Assembly: GCA_024137785.1 (NCBI GenBank)
Contig: JAHRHZ010000047.1
Span: forward strand, 2,635,336-2,699,335
Direction of reading: 5' to 3'
DNA from: Ginglymostoma cirratum
Lineage: Eukaryota
DNA: 64,000 bases
Made by a program: the position numbers and the translations under genes. The notes below the pieces were generated by a model. The model searched no databases and was not told the origin of the DNA. It saw nothing but the letters and a program-made list of their open reading frames with translations. Positions 48,980 to 63,170 of this stretch are shown here, piece by piece. Within the stretch, counting starts at the first letter, position 1; every line of letters begins with the position of its first letter.

Positions 48980-49830
48980 AGAAAAACATTCAGCCCATTG
49001 AGTCTACTCTGCTATTCAATGAGATCATGGCTGATCTGATAATCCTCACCTCCACTTTCTGCCTTTTCCTTATCACCCTTGATTCTCTTATTGGTTAATA
49101 ACTGTCTAACTCAGCCTTGGATATACTTAGTGACCCAGTCTCTACAGTCCTCTGCAGTATAGAATTCAAGTTCCACTGCTTTAAGGGAAGAAATTCCTCA
49201 TTTCTGCCTTAAATCTTATTCCAAGATTGTGCCTTCTGATTCTTGACTGTCCTCCAAGGGGAAACAATCTTTCCATACATGTCCTGTCAAGTCTTTTAAG
49301 ACACTCTTGTATGTTTTAATAAGGTCACCTCTCTCATTCTTCTAACGTCCAATGAGTACAGGTGCAACCTACTCAATCGCTCCTTTATAAGACAGTTCCT
49401 CAATCCTGCTAACAGCCTAGTGAACCTTGTCTATACTACTGCCTAGAATGCCAGGATATCTATCCTTCAAGAAGAGCCTAAAACTGTTCACAGCATTTCA
49501 GCTGTGGCCTGATTAGTGTTTTGCATAGTTTTAGCAAAACCTCCTGCCTTTTATATTCCATTCCCTTTGAAATAAGGTCAATATTCCATTTGCCTTCTGT
49601 ATTACCCACTGAATTTGGATGCCAGCTTTTTTTGACTCAGACTCAGGAACTTCCAAATCCCTTTGTTCTGTAGCTTCTGGCACCTTTCTTCATCTGAATA
49701 ACATTTTCCCACTTTCTACTTCATTTGCTGAGTCCTGGCCTTTCACTTAATGTGCCTATATCCTTCTGCAGACTCTGTGTCATCTGCAAATTTAGTTATA
49801 GAACATTGACTTTCCTCACCTAAGTCATTG
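48980..49830 (-). mobile_element. Decayed CR1-like LINE 3' region downstream of DTWD1
   Basis: Tail cattcagcccattgagtct...attcaatgagatcatggctgatctg, gaagaaattcctc, and aactgttcacagcatttcagctgtgg (reverse of PQLKCCEQF). Confidence 0.7.
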
Positions 49831-52800
49831 GGTTAGCTGTTAGTAACTTTGTCAGAATGCACAAAAAGACATGGGAGTAGCCAGCACGTTTCTTGGAGAC
49901 ATTTGGCAATCTGAATTGAAGATTGGAAGAGTACACCGATGCTGGCTCTGGCTGCCTACATGTCCAGGTTGGTGGCTGCTATGGAGAGCCAGGTCCAGCT
50001 CTCTCGGTGGCTGCTTGTTATTCATACAACCCTGCATTCTGCGAATGGCAAGATGAGAGGAGAATTGAGGGACCTTGATTTACCTCAAGATGTCACTTTC
50101 TCACAATGGCTGTAGCCCATGCCTCTACCTGTAATGATGCAGAACGCCTGACCCTGAATGCTTCAATTGACCATGTCCAAGGCCCTGGTCATAAGTCAGA
50201 CAATGCCCTTCACTGACTGTGGCTGGACCCCCTGACTGATTGATTGGATTTGAGTAAAGACAACTTTCCTTAGACTTGAGGCCTGGCTATTTAGTTGCAG
50301 TACAGTCATCACGTTTGCATTGTAAGCTGCTGGCGTGTCATACTGATGAAGGAAGGGGCCATACCCAGACGTGTCCATCCCCTTGACTGATCATTGCTGG
50401 AAATATGACTGGCTACCTTGCTTTGTGTCTACACTAAAAGACAAGATAGTAGTAGTGGGAGCCTGTAAGCTCTGAATGAGGCAGAAATGCGCAAAAGAAG
50501 AGACAGATGCTGTGAGCATCCAAGTAGCTGTATTGATTCTGTGCTAAGAAAGCAAGTGAAGAGCCCAGAGATGTATCCTGTCCTGATGCATGCCTGTCCC
50601 TGCCTGGCAGCAGCATTGCAATGAAAGGTGTCAGCAACATCCAAAGTGCAGTACTGATGTGTTGAACTATATTCTAAGTGAGTCGGAGATGCAGGTGGTT
50701 GCTTGTCTGATGCCAACCTCCAAATACAAGGTATGCAGTCAGTGTTTGCCCATGGACCATGCCCAAAATGTTGGGGACTGCAGGCTAAGACAAAGCCTGG
50801 TGGAGTAAAGAGAGAGCTGGAGCCACTGGGCACCTGCTCTGACTTTCATGTTGGGAATTGGTAACACCGCAACTTCCGTATAAATAAGGTGAGAATAGGT
50901 AATATGAGACGTTAATCACTCAAACGGGCCCTTTGCTACCCACTAGCAAGATTCTCATCTAGCTATTAAATCCTTAAGAGAAAAAGTAGCTGATTTTCCA
51001 CCTGAGTCGAGAATTTCATTTTTGTGATCTCATCAAATTTTCCCAACTGATTGCCCACGTTGATCGGTGGCTGGGAATATTGTGGCTTTATTTTCCCATT
51101 AATCTGACACACAGTTGTGTCAGTGCAAACTGGTTTCCTAAGATTTGCATGGTTCTGTCGGTAAAGTTAGGGCAGACAAGCAGAAGGACCCCTGTGGAAA
51201 CTCACTTCTAGGTATTTTATTGATGCTGATCAACAGGCATGATGTTGCTTTGGCAAGAGACATGGCTGCAATAGGCTCACATACATGTATCATAAAGTTC
51301 AGTTGGTATTGAGGTGGGGGGTAGCGGGTATTAATCTATAGGAGTCGGTTACTTCTGCTCCAAGGCCATTCTAGATTCTTGACATTTGTACATTGGTAAC
51401 TGACACTCCATATCACCTAATGTTGGATTGAAGGAGGCTAGTGAGAAGTTAACACTTTCTGTAGTTGCAGTTTTAGCTGACAGGCCAGATAGGGTTGTCA
51501 GTCCACTGTAATTATTTGGTACTGCGGAAACAGCTCAGTAGCTAAAGGCATTCTTGAATCTTCTTCCATTCCTAAAATCTAAGCAACCTGATTTAGGATA
51601 GTATGATAGAGTAGGCTGTCAACAATTCTGCAAAAATTAATGCAAAGGCTATTATTATTCTGTTAAGTCAATGTTACTGAAGCAGCACACCCATATAAAG
51701 TACCATTCCTCACTGACCTGCTGTCTGTTAAGACCACCCACATTCACTTTGCATAACTTAAGAGTTAGTTGTATATTACAATTTATGGCTTTCATTTTTC
51801 TCTTTATGGAATACTTATTAATTACAAGTGCTTTGTGAATTCAATATGAGCCAAAGCCAAAAAGCAACATGTTTTGCTAGGGTGTCTTGTAAGGCTCTAT
51901 ACAAGTTGTTTATTTGAATTTCCAGAATGACACTGTTTTCTGGCAGAATGGCTAGAGAAGAAGCCAAGAAAAGAACTAATTGCCCACAGAGCTGTGCCCC
52001 CTGCCAAGATCTGTTTACAGGCTTCATGCATACTGCAACACTTTCATCTGGACATCTGAAATTTATCTTGACTATGTTATTTCTATCAAAGACCTATTCT
52101 ACCCTTCAATCATATAATGATAGATGGTCGCAATTTTTCAGTATTCAACTACCTTTGAAATTTCTTAAAAGTGTGATGTGGGGTGCAAGGCATCAAAACA
52201 ATAAATCTGTAGGCCAGGAAGAAGGGGGTCAGAAGGGATACAAAAACACTAATTTCAAAGCTCAAAAGCTGAAGAATCATTGAGTGAAGAACAACTATCC
52301 TGTAAGTGAAAGAAAACTTCAACGAAATAATCTCCTCTCAAACACAGTTAGACATTTTCTAGTGGCTGACTTAAGCACTGTGCCAACATCCACTTGACTG
52401 ATGGCCCTCATTCCTGTGATCATTCTCATAGGCATTTTCTGCACCATACCTTAAGGCTTTAGAGCCTTCCTGAAAAGTGGTTCCCAGAATTTGACACAAT
52501 ACTATCATTGAGGCAGAAATAGTGTTTTAAGTGGTTCACTATCACCTACTTGCTTTTGTACTCTTGTCAAGTCCAGGATCCTATTTGCATTATTAACCAT
52601 GTTTCCTCAATCTGTGTTGTCTCCTCTAGATGTGTGCATAAGTATAGCACCTTTCATGACCACAAAGTACCTTAGCATCAATTAAATACTTTGCAGGGTT
52701 AGGCCAATGCTCCAGTGTAGGAAACATTACTGTATGCATGTTGCTATGTCCTAAAGCAGCACTAAAATAAATTAATAATCCTAGTGATATTGCTTACGTG

Positions 52801-52872
52801 ATAAATATGGAAGAACTTCTCTGATGTTTGCATTGTGTTTTGGGCCATCTTAGAAGGCAGCTGGAAACTTGG

Positions 52873-53480
52873 ATCAGAGATAAAAGGTACTGCAAACAAC
52901 TGCACCTCCCAGTCGCGAACCATTTCAACTCCCCCTCCCATTCCTCAGACGACATGTCCATCCTTGGCCTCCTGCAATGCCACAATGATGCCACCCGAAG
53001 GCTGCAGGAACAGCAAATCATATTCAGCCTGGGAACCCTGCAGCCCAATGGCATCAATGTGGATTTCACAAGCTTCAAAATCTCCCCTCCCCCAACCGCA
53101 TCCCAAAACCAGCCCAGCACATCTCCACCTCCCTAACCTGTTTTTCCTCTCACCTCAAGCCACACCCCCATCTCCTATCTACTAACATCATCCCGCCCCC
53201 TTGACCTGTCTGTCCTCCCTGGACTGACCTATCTCCTCCTTACCCCCCTACCTACACTCACCTTTACTAGCTCCATCCCCGCCTCTTCGACTTGTCTGCC
53301 TCCTCTCCACCTATCCTCTCCTCTATCCATCCTCTATCCGCCTCCCCCTCTCTCCCTATTTATTTCAGAACCCTCTTCCCCTCCCCCATTTCTGATGAAG
53401 GGTTTGGGCCCGAAACGTCAAGTTTTCCTGCTCCTATGATGCTGCTTGACCTGCTGTGTTCATCCAGCCCCATGCTTGTT
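52873..53480 (+). mobile_element. 5'-truncated Penelope-like element with a short inverted terminal segment and a 14-bp TSD
   Basis: GIY-YIG C-terminus (LPVANHFNSPSHSSDDMSILGL...LGTLQPNGINVDF); AGCTGGAAACTTGG at 52859-52872 and 53481-53494; first about 20 nt are the reverse complement of the element 3' end. Confidence 0.92.
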
Positions 53481-56379
53481 AGCTGGAAACTTGGTTTTAC
53501 TTTCACCAGGGTGATAGTTTTAGTAGTACGTATCGCCAGCTGCAAAATGTGAATTAAGGAATAGGATGAGGGAAGAAGAGAATCAAACAATTGCAATGAA
53601 ATCTAAGCAGATGACAAATCTACTCCTTGATCTCTTTCACTCTCTGACGAACCTTCCAATCATTTCTCGTATTTGTGGTCGAAATAGGAAACCTTCCTCT
53701 AGCAAGTGCCCTTTCCACTTTTATCAGCCATTCACTCCTGTAAACAAAATTAGTGATAAATTCCATTATCAAGACAACTTGAATTCCAAGTGGGTCGTGA
53801 CCCAAAACGTCAACTTTCGTGCACCTCTGATGCTGCCTGGCCTGCTGTGTTCATCCAGCTCCACATTGTTGCCTTTGATAGCCAAGTGTCAGAAAAAGAG
53901 GCAGCTACAAGAATAATTTCATGACAAAATATACAAGGGAACTTTGAATCTGTATAACAAATTAACACCCTTAGAATATACAAGAAATATTATTTTTGAA
54001 TTCAAAGTATTTAACTTTGAAATTTGAAGCATTTAACTTTGAATTTAATTTGAAGTACTTAAGTGAACACTGATAGATGAATCTTCTGTTTTTTCATTAT
54101 ATATCAGAAATTTAGATTCAGATCTGCCATCTTATCTCCAGAGTTTTTTTTAATGATCCGCAAAATGGCCTGAACTAGACTTTCCTATTGCTTGCCTCTT
54201 TAAGCTTTTGCAAATCTTTAGATCCCAGGGTAGCTTGCTGCTGATTGGTGGGCAATTTCCCGATTGTAGATGAGCACCCAATCAGAACATGTATTTATAT
54301 CTACCACCAACATACTAATGAGTCAATGGTGTTACTATTAATCCTGAGAAATGAGGATGTGTTCGAACCCTATTCCAGAGAGTTGAGCACACAATTTCAA
54401 CTGATACTTATTGCAGTACACACAACCTTTCGTGATTTTATGATTTCTTTTCAGTATTGACTTCCAATGAGGTAACCCAGTGTTGCCAAGATCTGAATAT
54501 CATGCTCAGGTGGACCGAACAAGAATGGTAGGGAAGTTTTCCATCTGGTTACCTAGTTAGTTTTCTTAAGTTCAATGTTTAAATATGTTCCACAAACCAT
54601 ATTTGATGCATCATTCTCCAAGATTTCAAAAACTATTTTACATATAGTGAATTGTCTCAAAGGGAACTGATTTGTTAAGCAGGCAAAATCTGGCAGTCAT
54701 CTCACATGTATTCAGATTCTCCAAAGAATAGTGATAAATAAGAAGTCTAAATCACTCAGCTCTAAATAATGTCATCAGACCATAAACAAATAGTGAGAGA
54801 TATTTGTGTCCTCAGACATTTTTAGCATTAGCATATCAAAGGAAATGTGTATCTATGGGTATATTTACCTTTTGTTTGGACCTATCCGATAGATGAGTAA
54901 CACTATTAAATCTAATTTCCAACTTTATTAACAAAATCAATTAGTTGTATACCAAGATCAGCATTGTGCGTTGATTTAAACCTGAAGCTTTCTTCAGGGC
55001 TCAACATGTTTGGACAACGCCAAAGTTTATAAACAAATCTTCTCGTTTTAGTTATTTTCCTCCAGTTGTATTAGCCCTTGCATTGACAGATCCATTTTTC
55101 AGAATAATTCCTATTATTGCTGAATGATGAAGTTAGGGTCCAAACATACACAACTAATACCTATTGAACAATGTTCCAAAAGATTTCAAGTCTCTACCTA
55201 AAGCATTAACTTCTTATGTTCAGATAGGGACATATCTGTTTCACTTCCAACAAGTTTGTTTTTTTTTGACACAGGTTATTACATATGGATTAACTGCCAT
55301 ATTTCTGGTGTTAGACCAAGGTTAAGATTCTCTGAAACAGCTTTAGTTTGGTAGCATTGCAAAATTCCAATGTGGTAATGCTTAGTAATGTTCTCCAAAC
55401 AAAATGTCATTTCTTTTTCTCCATACTTTTACTTACCCAATCCTTGTTATCCACTTTAGTCAAGGCAGTCCAGATACATTCTATAAAAATGTTCAACATC
55501 GGTCTTTAAATGAATTTGCAGGAGCCATATGTCATCGAAACAGGAAAGTCCCTGGACTCTTTTCTTTCCCAACATAAATGACCCAACAGCATCGAAAGAC
55601 AGTACTTGTATGAAAATGGTGACCATCAAAGTTAGTTAAACTGATTGCAAACTTAGGAAGCTCTGATTATCTAGCTACTTGCCAAGAATCACCAAGTCAT
55701 TAGTGCTGCTTTAGTCCATCAACTTACCAATGATTAACACTTTCAACACCTTTTGCCCCATTCATAAAACAAATTCCACATCTTAGCTGACAGTACATGA
55801 AAAATCAAATTAGACTGTAATGGATAGAAAGGTTTATCACAGTGCAAATTAAGATGGGAGATTTAATTTAACAATTGTGATGGATTCACTGTCGATATAT
55901 CGCCTGCCCAACTTTCCTTACCATGGAAATCAGAGCATAAAACAGAGGCAGCCAATTTGTTACCAGTGATTTTCTGCCATGTGTCCATTCAGCAATCACA
56001 GCAAATTGGGTTTTTGTTGCACCCCTGGGCAGTACTAAATCCAAAGACAATAGATATACTCTGGTTGGTAGGGTATGGAGGGCTTGCTTATAAGAGTGGC
56101 CCTTGGATATTAGGCACGAGAGGGGTTTCTAATAAAATTCTGCCCTAAAATTGCAACATGGATCAATGGCAATAGACAAAATTATTAAGGATTTTTTTCC
56201 CCTTTGAACATTAGCAAAGAACAATTAGATCATTTTTTCCTGCCATAAATGAAACAACACTACAGGGAAAACTTGCAAAATGGTTACTCTTAATTCTTAA
56301 ATTAATTATTTACTTATCTTTATGACCAAATTCAGTTCAGTGCAATGAAGAACATATCAGATGAATTATCTTGACAAAT

Positions 56380-56730
56380 TATAGAGTCATACAGCATGGA
56401 AACATATGCTTTGGTCCAACCACTCCATTCCGACCATAATCCTATAAAATAATCCCACCTGCCAGTGCTTGCCCCATATCCCTCCAAACATTTCTTATTC
56501 ATGTACTCATCCAAATATCTTTTAAACATTGTAACTGTACTCGCATCCACCACTTCGCATGGAAGTTCATTCTACATGTGAACCACTCTGTGTAAAAAAG
56601 GTCCCACTTGTTTTTCTTAAATTTTTCTCCTCTTATTTTAAAAATATGCTCCCTACCATATATTGAAAGCCCCCACCCTACAGAAAAGACACCTGCTATT
56701 TACCTTATCTATATCCATCATGGTTTTATA
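56380..56730 (-). mobile_element. CR1 (HER1-like) LINE 3' end
   Basis: ORF 56332..56553 VVDASTVTMFKRYLDEYM; same tail as 37761-38082. Confidence 0.82.
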
Positions 56731-59659
56731 AACCCGGAGCCCCTAAAGCAGCTTCAGCCTCTGTATACATTATTAGCAAATCTTGTCTAATATTTGAATA
56801 TGACACGCCATTATTCTAAATGCATAAACAGAAAAACATTGTGGGAAATTCTTAGATACAGAAGATTTATATGGGATATCCTCAAATTACATAACAGGCA
56901 GTCCAGGTTGTGAATGGGTTCTGTTCTCAAGTCTGTTGATTTGTACACCATGCAGAACAATATAAAGAAGCTGGTCAAAAGTACAGGAAACGATTGTATG
57001 TCAGATCTTTAAAATTACACCCACTATATGGGATCACGTTCATAAGTACAAACATTCATAAGTTGGAGGTTCATCGATCAGGACCCCCAGTATTGCAATG
57101 TCACTTTCCCAGGGTGAGGGTAGGGGGGAATGAAGAAACAAACTGTGGTTTTAGATAGGAGTTTCAAATATTATAAGAACAACACTAGCAATAGAGTTGA
57201 AGAAAGAGGCACTCCTCTAAGCAAACATGCTAGGAATGCTTCTCACTTCCAGTTGGGATCTTGTAGGATTGTGGCAACCAGAGAGCCTGCACATACCCCT
57301 CATCAAATCTGGAACTGTGTTGTCCATGATATGCAGATTGGATTAGAGCCACAAGTCTGACGGTACTTCAGTTTGTGGGTTTGGAGCTGTAATGACTCAG
57401 GATTGCCAACTTGGATTACAGCCACTAGAGTTTGAATAATTTTTTTTCCCTGCAGCTTTGAAAAGCTACGCAAGTGGTAATGATTAAAAACCCAACAGCA
57501 GTTTTTCAGCTGGGTTCAGTGTGAAGACTTCTTCTAGTCAAAGGCAATAGAATTAGACATGAATAAAAAGACAATTTTCATTTACTGGATACAAGTACCA
57601 GTGCATACCAGTTTGCTTAGTTGACACTAATAATTAAAGCTCTTCCATTGTAAGAATACTACATTGTTGGTTAGGATGGACAGGTTTCTTTGGCCTGGCA
57701 TAGCACCATGATTCTTAAATTGACTTGTTAAAGTTTTTAATTAGTATTTGTACCAGATTAGAATGCCAGATAATAATATACACTTAGCTGATTACTTAAT
57801 CCTCAATGCTTTGTAGTTTTGTATTATACTAATTACTTGATTAAGTGACTTGCTGCTAAAATGCTTTACATGAAAATTGATTCTGTTTTGTTCTTCAACA
57901 TATCAGATACTGAAGTACCACTACAAACATACAGCATCCTGGAGAAGCTCAATAGATCTGGCAGCATCCATGAAAAGAGATACAGTATTAATATTTGACT
58001 CTGTTGTGACTTCTTCAGCACTGAAAAGTGATGGAAATTTTTTAAAAAATGATATGGATCAGTATACAATGGTACCATGTTTGTTTTAGATATTTGGCAT
58101 GCACAATATTTTGCTTTTGAGTAGCACTGTTAAATCTGATTTTGAACTTTATTACCCAAATTTATTGGTTGTACACCAAGCTCAACATCATAGATTGATT
58201 TGGATGTGAAATCTTCTGGGCTCAACATAGTTAGCAGATGTGCATAATGCTAGAGTTTATTTTTTAAAAAATCTTGTCTTTTTAGTTATTTTCTTCCATT
58301 TGTACTAGCCTTTGCTAGTTTGCATATCTACTTTTCACTGAGTAATTTCTACTACTCTTGAATGTGGGAGGTTAGGGGTGGATATGTCTAAACATGAATA
58401 GGTAATACCTGTCATACATCTGAAAGATTTCAAGTCATTATCTAAGCATTAATTTCTAACTGTTGACAGATTCAGGAAATGTTAAAATAGTTAATTCATT
58501 GTGAAATCGTGTATACAAAGCAAAATCTAAATGCTGGGAAAGGTATTTTTAAAATCTCCCAAGGAAATGTTAGTCCACATATGTAAAAGTTAATTTTCTG
58601 TGCCAGACATTGTTTGGCTTTATTAAAAATTACATTTTTAAAAGAAAACCCTGACACGATGGTAATAGATAAAATCCAACATTTTCTGGCGTATCTACTA
58701 GCTATCTAATGGTAAGTACAGCAAATTCACACTGTTTCCTATGTTCAATGCTGATTCTCTTTACAAGATACTAATAAAGCTAAGTCTCTGGGACTTCATC
58801 ACCAGAATTTGCTATATCAATTTATTATTTAATAATGTTGAGTACTTGTTGTTTGTACTGCAAAACCTGGACTGTTATCATCTTCAACAGTGTCCCATGT
58901 AAAACAAATGCACTGGTGAGTCATAGAGGGAAGAAGCAATTATGTACAATGTACAACATCTGCTTGGCTTGGTATGATTTTGTGGATTATGTTGTTAATT
59001 ATGTGTTTTGGTCTTTCTATTTAACCTTTAATAAAACAAAGCTGAGCTTAAATATTATTTATCAATGATATCTGTAGTTAACAAATTCATTTTGGTTTAC
59101 ATCAATGCTAGTGACAAGACAAAAAGGTTTCTATAGAATTTTCAGTAATGAGCAATTGTTCATTTACACTGAAAAGACACGATGGAAGCACATTTTCAAA
59201 CACATCTACTTATAATTTTAAAAAATGCTGCAATGATTGTACTGTATTGCTGATTCCATAAAACTACTTTAACGTACTACCCTCTTCATGATAACTTTTC
59301 CAGTTTATAATTATGTTCACATTGTTCTAACCTGATTTGGCACAATATATTGTTCCCCCAAGTATCTGGTCACTTAATCTAATTCTGCAAAAATATGGAA
59401 GATTAATCTTGACCAACGAGCTGTTGCAAAGTGGTAACTAGTTTTCCCTGGCTCTACACTGAATAAACTCGTATATTTCATATATTTTCCACAACTAAAT
59501 TAATTTCCAGCATTTGTTTCTTTCATCAGTTTGTCTTCTAGCATGAAACTACCATCGGTCATGGTCACATGTAGTTGCCAATACAAGCCCTGCAGGAAGT
59601 TTTAAAAGGAATTGTGATCATCTGCTTTTGTACTCCCCCCTCCCCCCCCCACAACCCTT

Positions 59660-60046
59660 TATTTTTTTTAAATGGGATGTAGGCCAGCATTTTTTTACCC
59701 ATCCAGAAATTCCCTTGAACTGAACGTCTTGCTAGGCTATTTCAGAGGGCAGTCAATTCTCAACCACATTACTGTGGGTGTGGAGTCACATTTAGGTAGA
59801 CCAGAAAAGAATGGCAGATTTCCTTCCGTAAAGGGTATTTAGTGAGCCAGACAGATTTTTCACAATTCACAATTGATGACAGCTATCATGGCCTTTATAA
59901 TGAAGACCTGTTTTACACTCCAGATTCTTCAATTGAATGCAGTTTCCACTGTCTACTTTCCTGGGATTTGAATGCGTAGCCCCAGACCATTAGACGATTA
60001 ATCCGGAGACCTAGGCTAATACCATTACCACTAAACTATCACTCCT
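59660..60046 (-). mobile_element. Older SINE-sized derivative of the tRNA-headed LINE
   Basis: Same order of blocks: tail (gggatgtaggccagcattt), ttcagagggcagt...caaccacatt...ggagtcacat...ggcagatttcc, gggatttgaa (B box), accactaaactatc (A box). Confidence 0.75.
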
Positions 60047-60171
60047 AGATTTCATAACAAAAGCTCTCAATACGGAGGAAACACTAGTCATGGTGCTGAT
60101 CAACACTCAATATATTGTTTTTATATTTATGATGTGACTCTCACAAAATGCGTAACAATTTGTGAATCGCT

Positions 60172-60488
60172 TATAGAATCCCTACAGTGTGGAAGCAGGC
60201 CACTCAGCCCATCGAGCCTACCCAGACCCACCCCTTCCTACCCTAACCCCATAACCGTGCATTTCCCATGGCTAATCCACCTAGCTTGCAGATCCTAGAC
60301 ACTGTGGACAATTTAGCATGGCCAATCCACCCAACCGGCACATCTTTGGACTATGGGAGGAAACTGGAGACCCGGGGAAACCCACACAGACACAGGGGAC
60401 AATGTACAAACTCCACACAGGCACCTGAGGCTGGAATCAAACCTGGGTTCTTGAGGCAGCAGTGCTAACCACCGCCATGGTGCTGCCC
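60172..60488 (-). mobile_element. HE1-like V-SINE
   Basis: Same head, V-domain and tail as 47277-47585, with an internal duplication of the gccaatccacc segment. Confidence 0.85.
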
Positions 60489-61268
60489 TTAGAGATGCAA
60501 CTTTCTTCCAGCACCCACCAAAAAGACTTGTCACTTAAGTGACAATTGCATTATTTTAAAATAATTAATTTGTTATCCATTTCGGTTTTTCTATTTGAAT
60601 TCCTGTTATCTCATCCCTTTTACTGTTGCCTTCAATCCTTTGTTTCCCCACAGTAGTTGCTGCTTCTATTCAAAAAAGCTAACGCTTGTACTGCTACATG
60701 GGTTTCAGTTCCTTCCTTGTTTTTCAGGGAATTAAAAAACGTCAAATAAAATATTTAAAAATCAATCATCCACCTGAAATAAAATAATCAGGAGATATTT
60801 TTAAAAAAAGGTAATGAAAAAGAATTGAAAATCTTTCTGCACAGCTTTTTGAGAAACTAAATTACTTTTTCATCCAGAATTATCCCAAATTTTTAATTAA
60901 TTCGGTTCCCTAATTTTCAGTTGCATTAGTTCTTTAAAAATATTTTGACAGTTTTTGGTTTTTAAGATGTGAAAAAATGAAATGTGAAAACGTTATGAAT
61001 AATAAACAGTAGTTTCTCATTTGTGAAGCTAGCATTCCTGATGTAACCTGGAATTAATTTATTGTAATTTGACGCAAGTAGTATGACTGGAACTTTCATG
61101 AAAACAATACTGGTAATAAAAGAAATCATGAATACAAATAATATAGGAAAATATTTATTTTCAAATTTCCCCTGGATTATGTGTTCTGTTAGTTTCTGTA
61201 ATCTTCAAAGCACGAAGTTCTGGAACAGAATTGCGGGTTTATTCAGTATAACATTTCTGTATCAATGT

Positions 61269-61415
61269 TTATTTTTCCATCTCCCTAATCTTGCCCTGCA
61301 GAGCATCACATGTCTTCTTTGCATCACCAAGCAGCATTGAAGAGTTGGGTTTGTAGAAGATAGGATTGTCAACTGCAGCATAGCCAACTCCGAGGGTTCG
61401 TTTCATCACAATAAC
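61269..61415 (-). CDS. NNT: Last coding exon of a mitochondrial NAD(P) transhydrogenase (NNT-like, probably nnt2): [48 protein letters not shown]
   Basis: Acceptor tttccttccacctacag|; 147 nt ending TAA; near-identical to the recalled C-terminus of the NADP(H)-binding domain III of vertebrate NNT; upstream exons not found in the window; absent from the ORF track. Confidence 0.92.
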   Translation of the reverse strand, partial: VIVMKRTLGVGYAAVDNPIFYKPNSSMLLGDAKKTCDALQGKIREMEK

Positions 61416-62855
61416 CTGTAGGTGGAAGGAAATAGACAGCTCATTAAATTCTTATGCCAAATTTATATTCAATTGGAATTTATTTTGTTAAGTTAAAATA
61501 TGTAGAGTTTCAGTTACCTATTATTTGTCCACAAATCTTGTTTCAGTTCACAATCAACTATACTAATAGCTAGATTGTGACTTTATAGAAGACAATTTTT
61601 TTTAAAGAAGTAAATAATATCTGTACTAATTTGGTTTTGTGAGAATCCAATCCAATTTTGGAGAACAAATACTTCCTTATTATTCTGGCTATCCCTTTCC
61701 ATTATGTTACAGTTTGCAGTGCACAAAAACATCGTCCAGTGAATAACTAGTTTATAATCGAATGACTGCCAAGGGTCAGTTGGTGTGAAACGTTTTTAAA
61801 AAAGTCACATTAGTACAGGTTGCTTTTCTGGCAATGTGTCAGATTTGTTAGGGTAAGGTAACAATGATTTTGCTTACATTCAACCATAACATACGTCTCT
61901 GTTCTGGATGCTGCCCACAATGTAACCTCTGCTATTCCTCAGAAATGCTAACCTTCACGTTACTGATTAAATAATTCACAAATACATGTTTTAAGAAAAA
62001 CAGTAGAAATTTGTGAAAATTGGAGTTAGGATAGCCTTAACTACAAAAGTGGTAAATCAACAAAGCAGGAATGTTCTGGAAACAGGAAATGACAGGCAAC
62101 TGTTAAATTTAAATACTACTATTCTTCAAGTTTGTAATGTAGAAGTGTGGTGTTGTATACAATGAAGAAATAAAATTAATTGTTAACAAGAAAATGAAAA
62201 AAGTCAATGTGAAGAACCAAGGCTTGCAATGCAGGTGATCAGATTTGAAAATAAGAAACATGAAATTAAAATCAGTAAGTGATAAATGACGAACAACTTA
62301 TTCTAGGTGTCTCATTAAAATGAAAAGGGAGATAGATTTGTAACAATGCTCAGCTGTGAACTATCGTTACAATTAATCCAGTTTTTTAGAAAATGCTCCA
62401 TAAAGTTTCACACACAAGATTTTAACAGTAAAGCTCATGGAATATAAACAGCAAAAATAAAATATCTTTAGCTGGCCTGCAAATGGGCTTAGTAGCAAAA
62501 AATAAGAAACACAAATGAAAAGACTCAACCTCATGTAGTGGCTAGTCACTTTTACAAGGATTTTTTTTGAATCATGCCTTATTTCCAATATTCATATGCA
62601 ATGATGACACACACTGGGCCATTTTCTGACAGCACCATATTGGGAGAATGATTGCAATCAGAGATCAGAATCAGAATCAGAACCAGGTTTAGGAAAGACA
62701 AATGGGTTTATACATGCGCACAAATGTTTACACTGGATTAGGAAATGTAGAAGAACAATGCCCAGATGAAGAACCATGTTAATGAACACAGACAAAAATC
62801 CTCCATTCATTAAACTCAGAACTTGAATCCAGATCCAAGAGATGTAAACCAATTG

Positions 62856-63170
62856 GGTGACACGCTGGCTCAGTGGTTAGCACTGCTGCCTCAGTGCCAA
62901 GGACCCGGGTTCGGTTCCAGCCTCAGGAGACTGTCTGTGTTGAGTTTGCACAATTCTCCCAGTGTCTGTGTGGGTTTTCTCCGGTTTCCTCCCACAGTCC
63001 AAAGATGTGCAGGTTAGGTGGATTGGCCTTGCTAAATTGCCCGCACTGTCTAGGGTGAGAAATACAGGGATGGTGTAGGGAGCGGGTCTGGGAGGGATGC
63101 TCCTCAGAGGGTTTGTGTAGACTCTATGGGCCGAATGGCTTGCTTCCGCACTGTAGGGATTCTATTCTAA
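62856..63170 (+). mobile_element. HE1-like V-SINE in the last NNT intron
   Basis: tggctcagtggttagcactgctgcctc...ggttcggttcc; ccggtttcctcccacagtccaaagatgtgcaggttagg; tail cactgtagggattcta. Confidence 0.9.

Noticed and set aside
49830-51090. GC-richer block with multiple short ORFs, possibly a DNA-transposon relic
   Set aside because: No transposase motif or terminal inverted repeats could be confirmed by eye.
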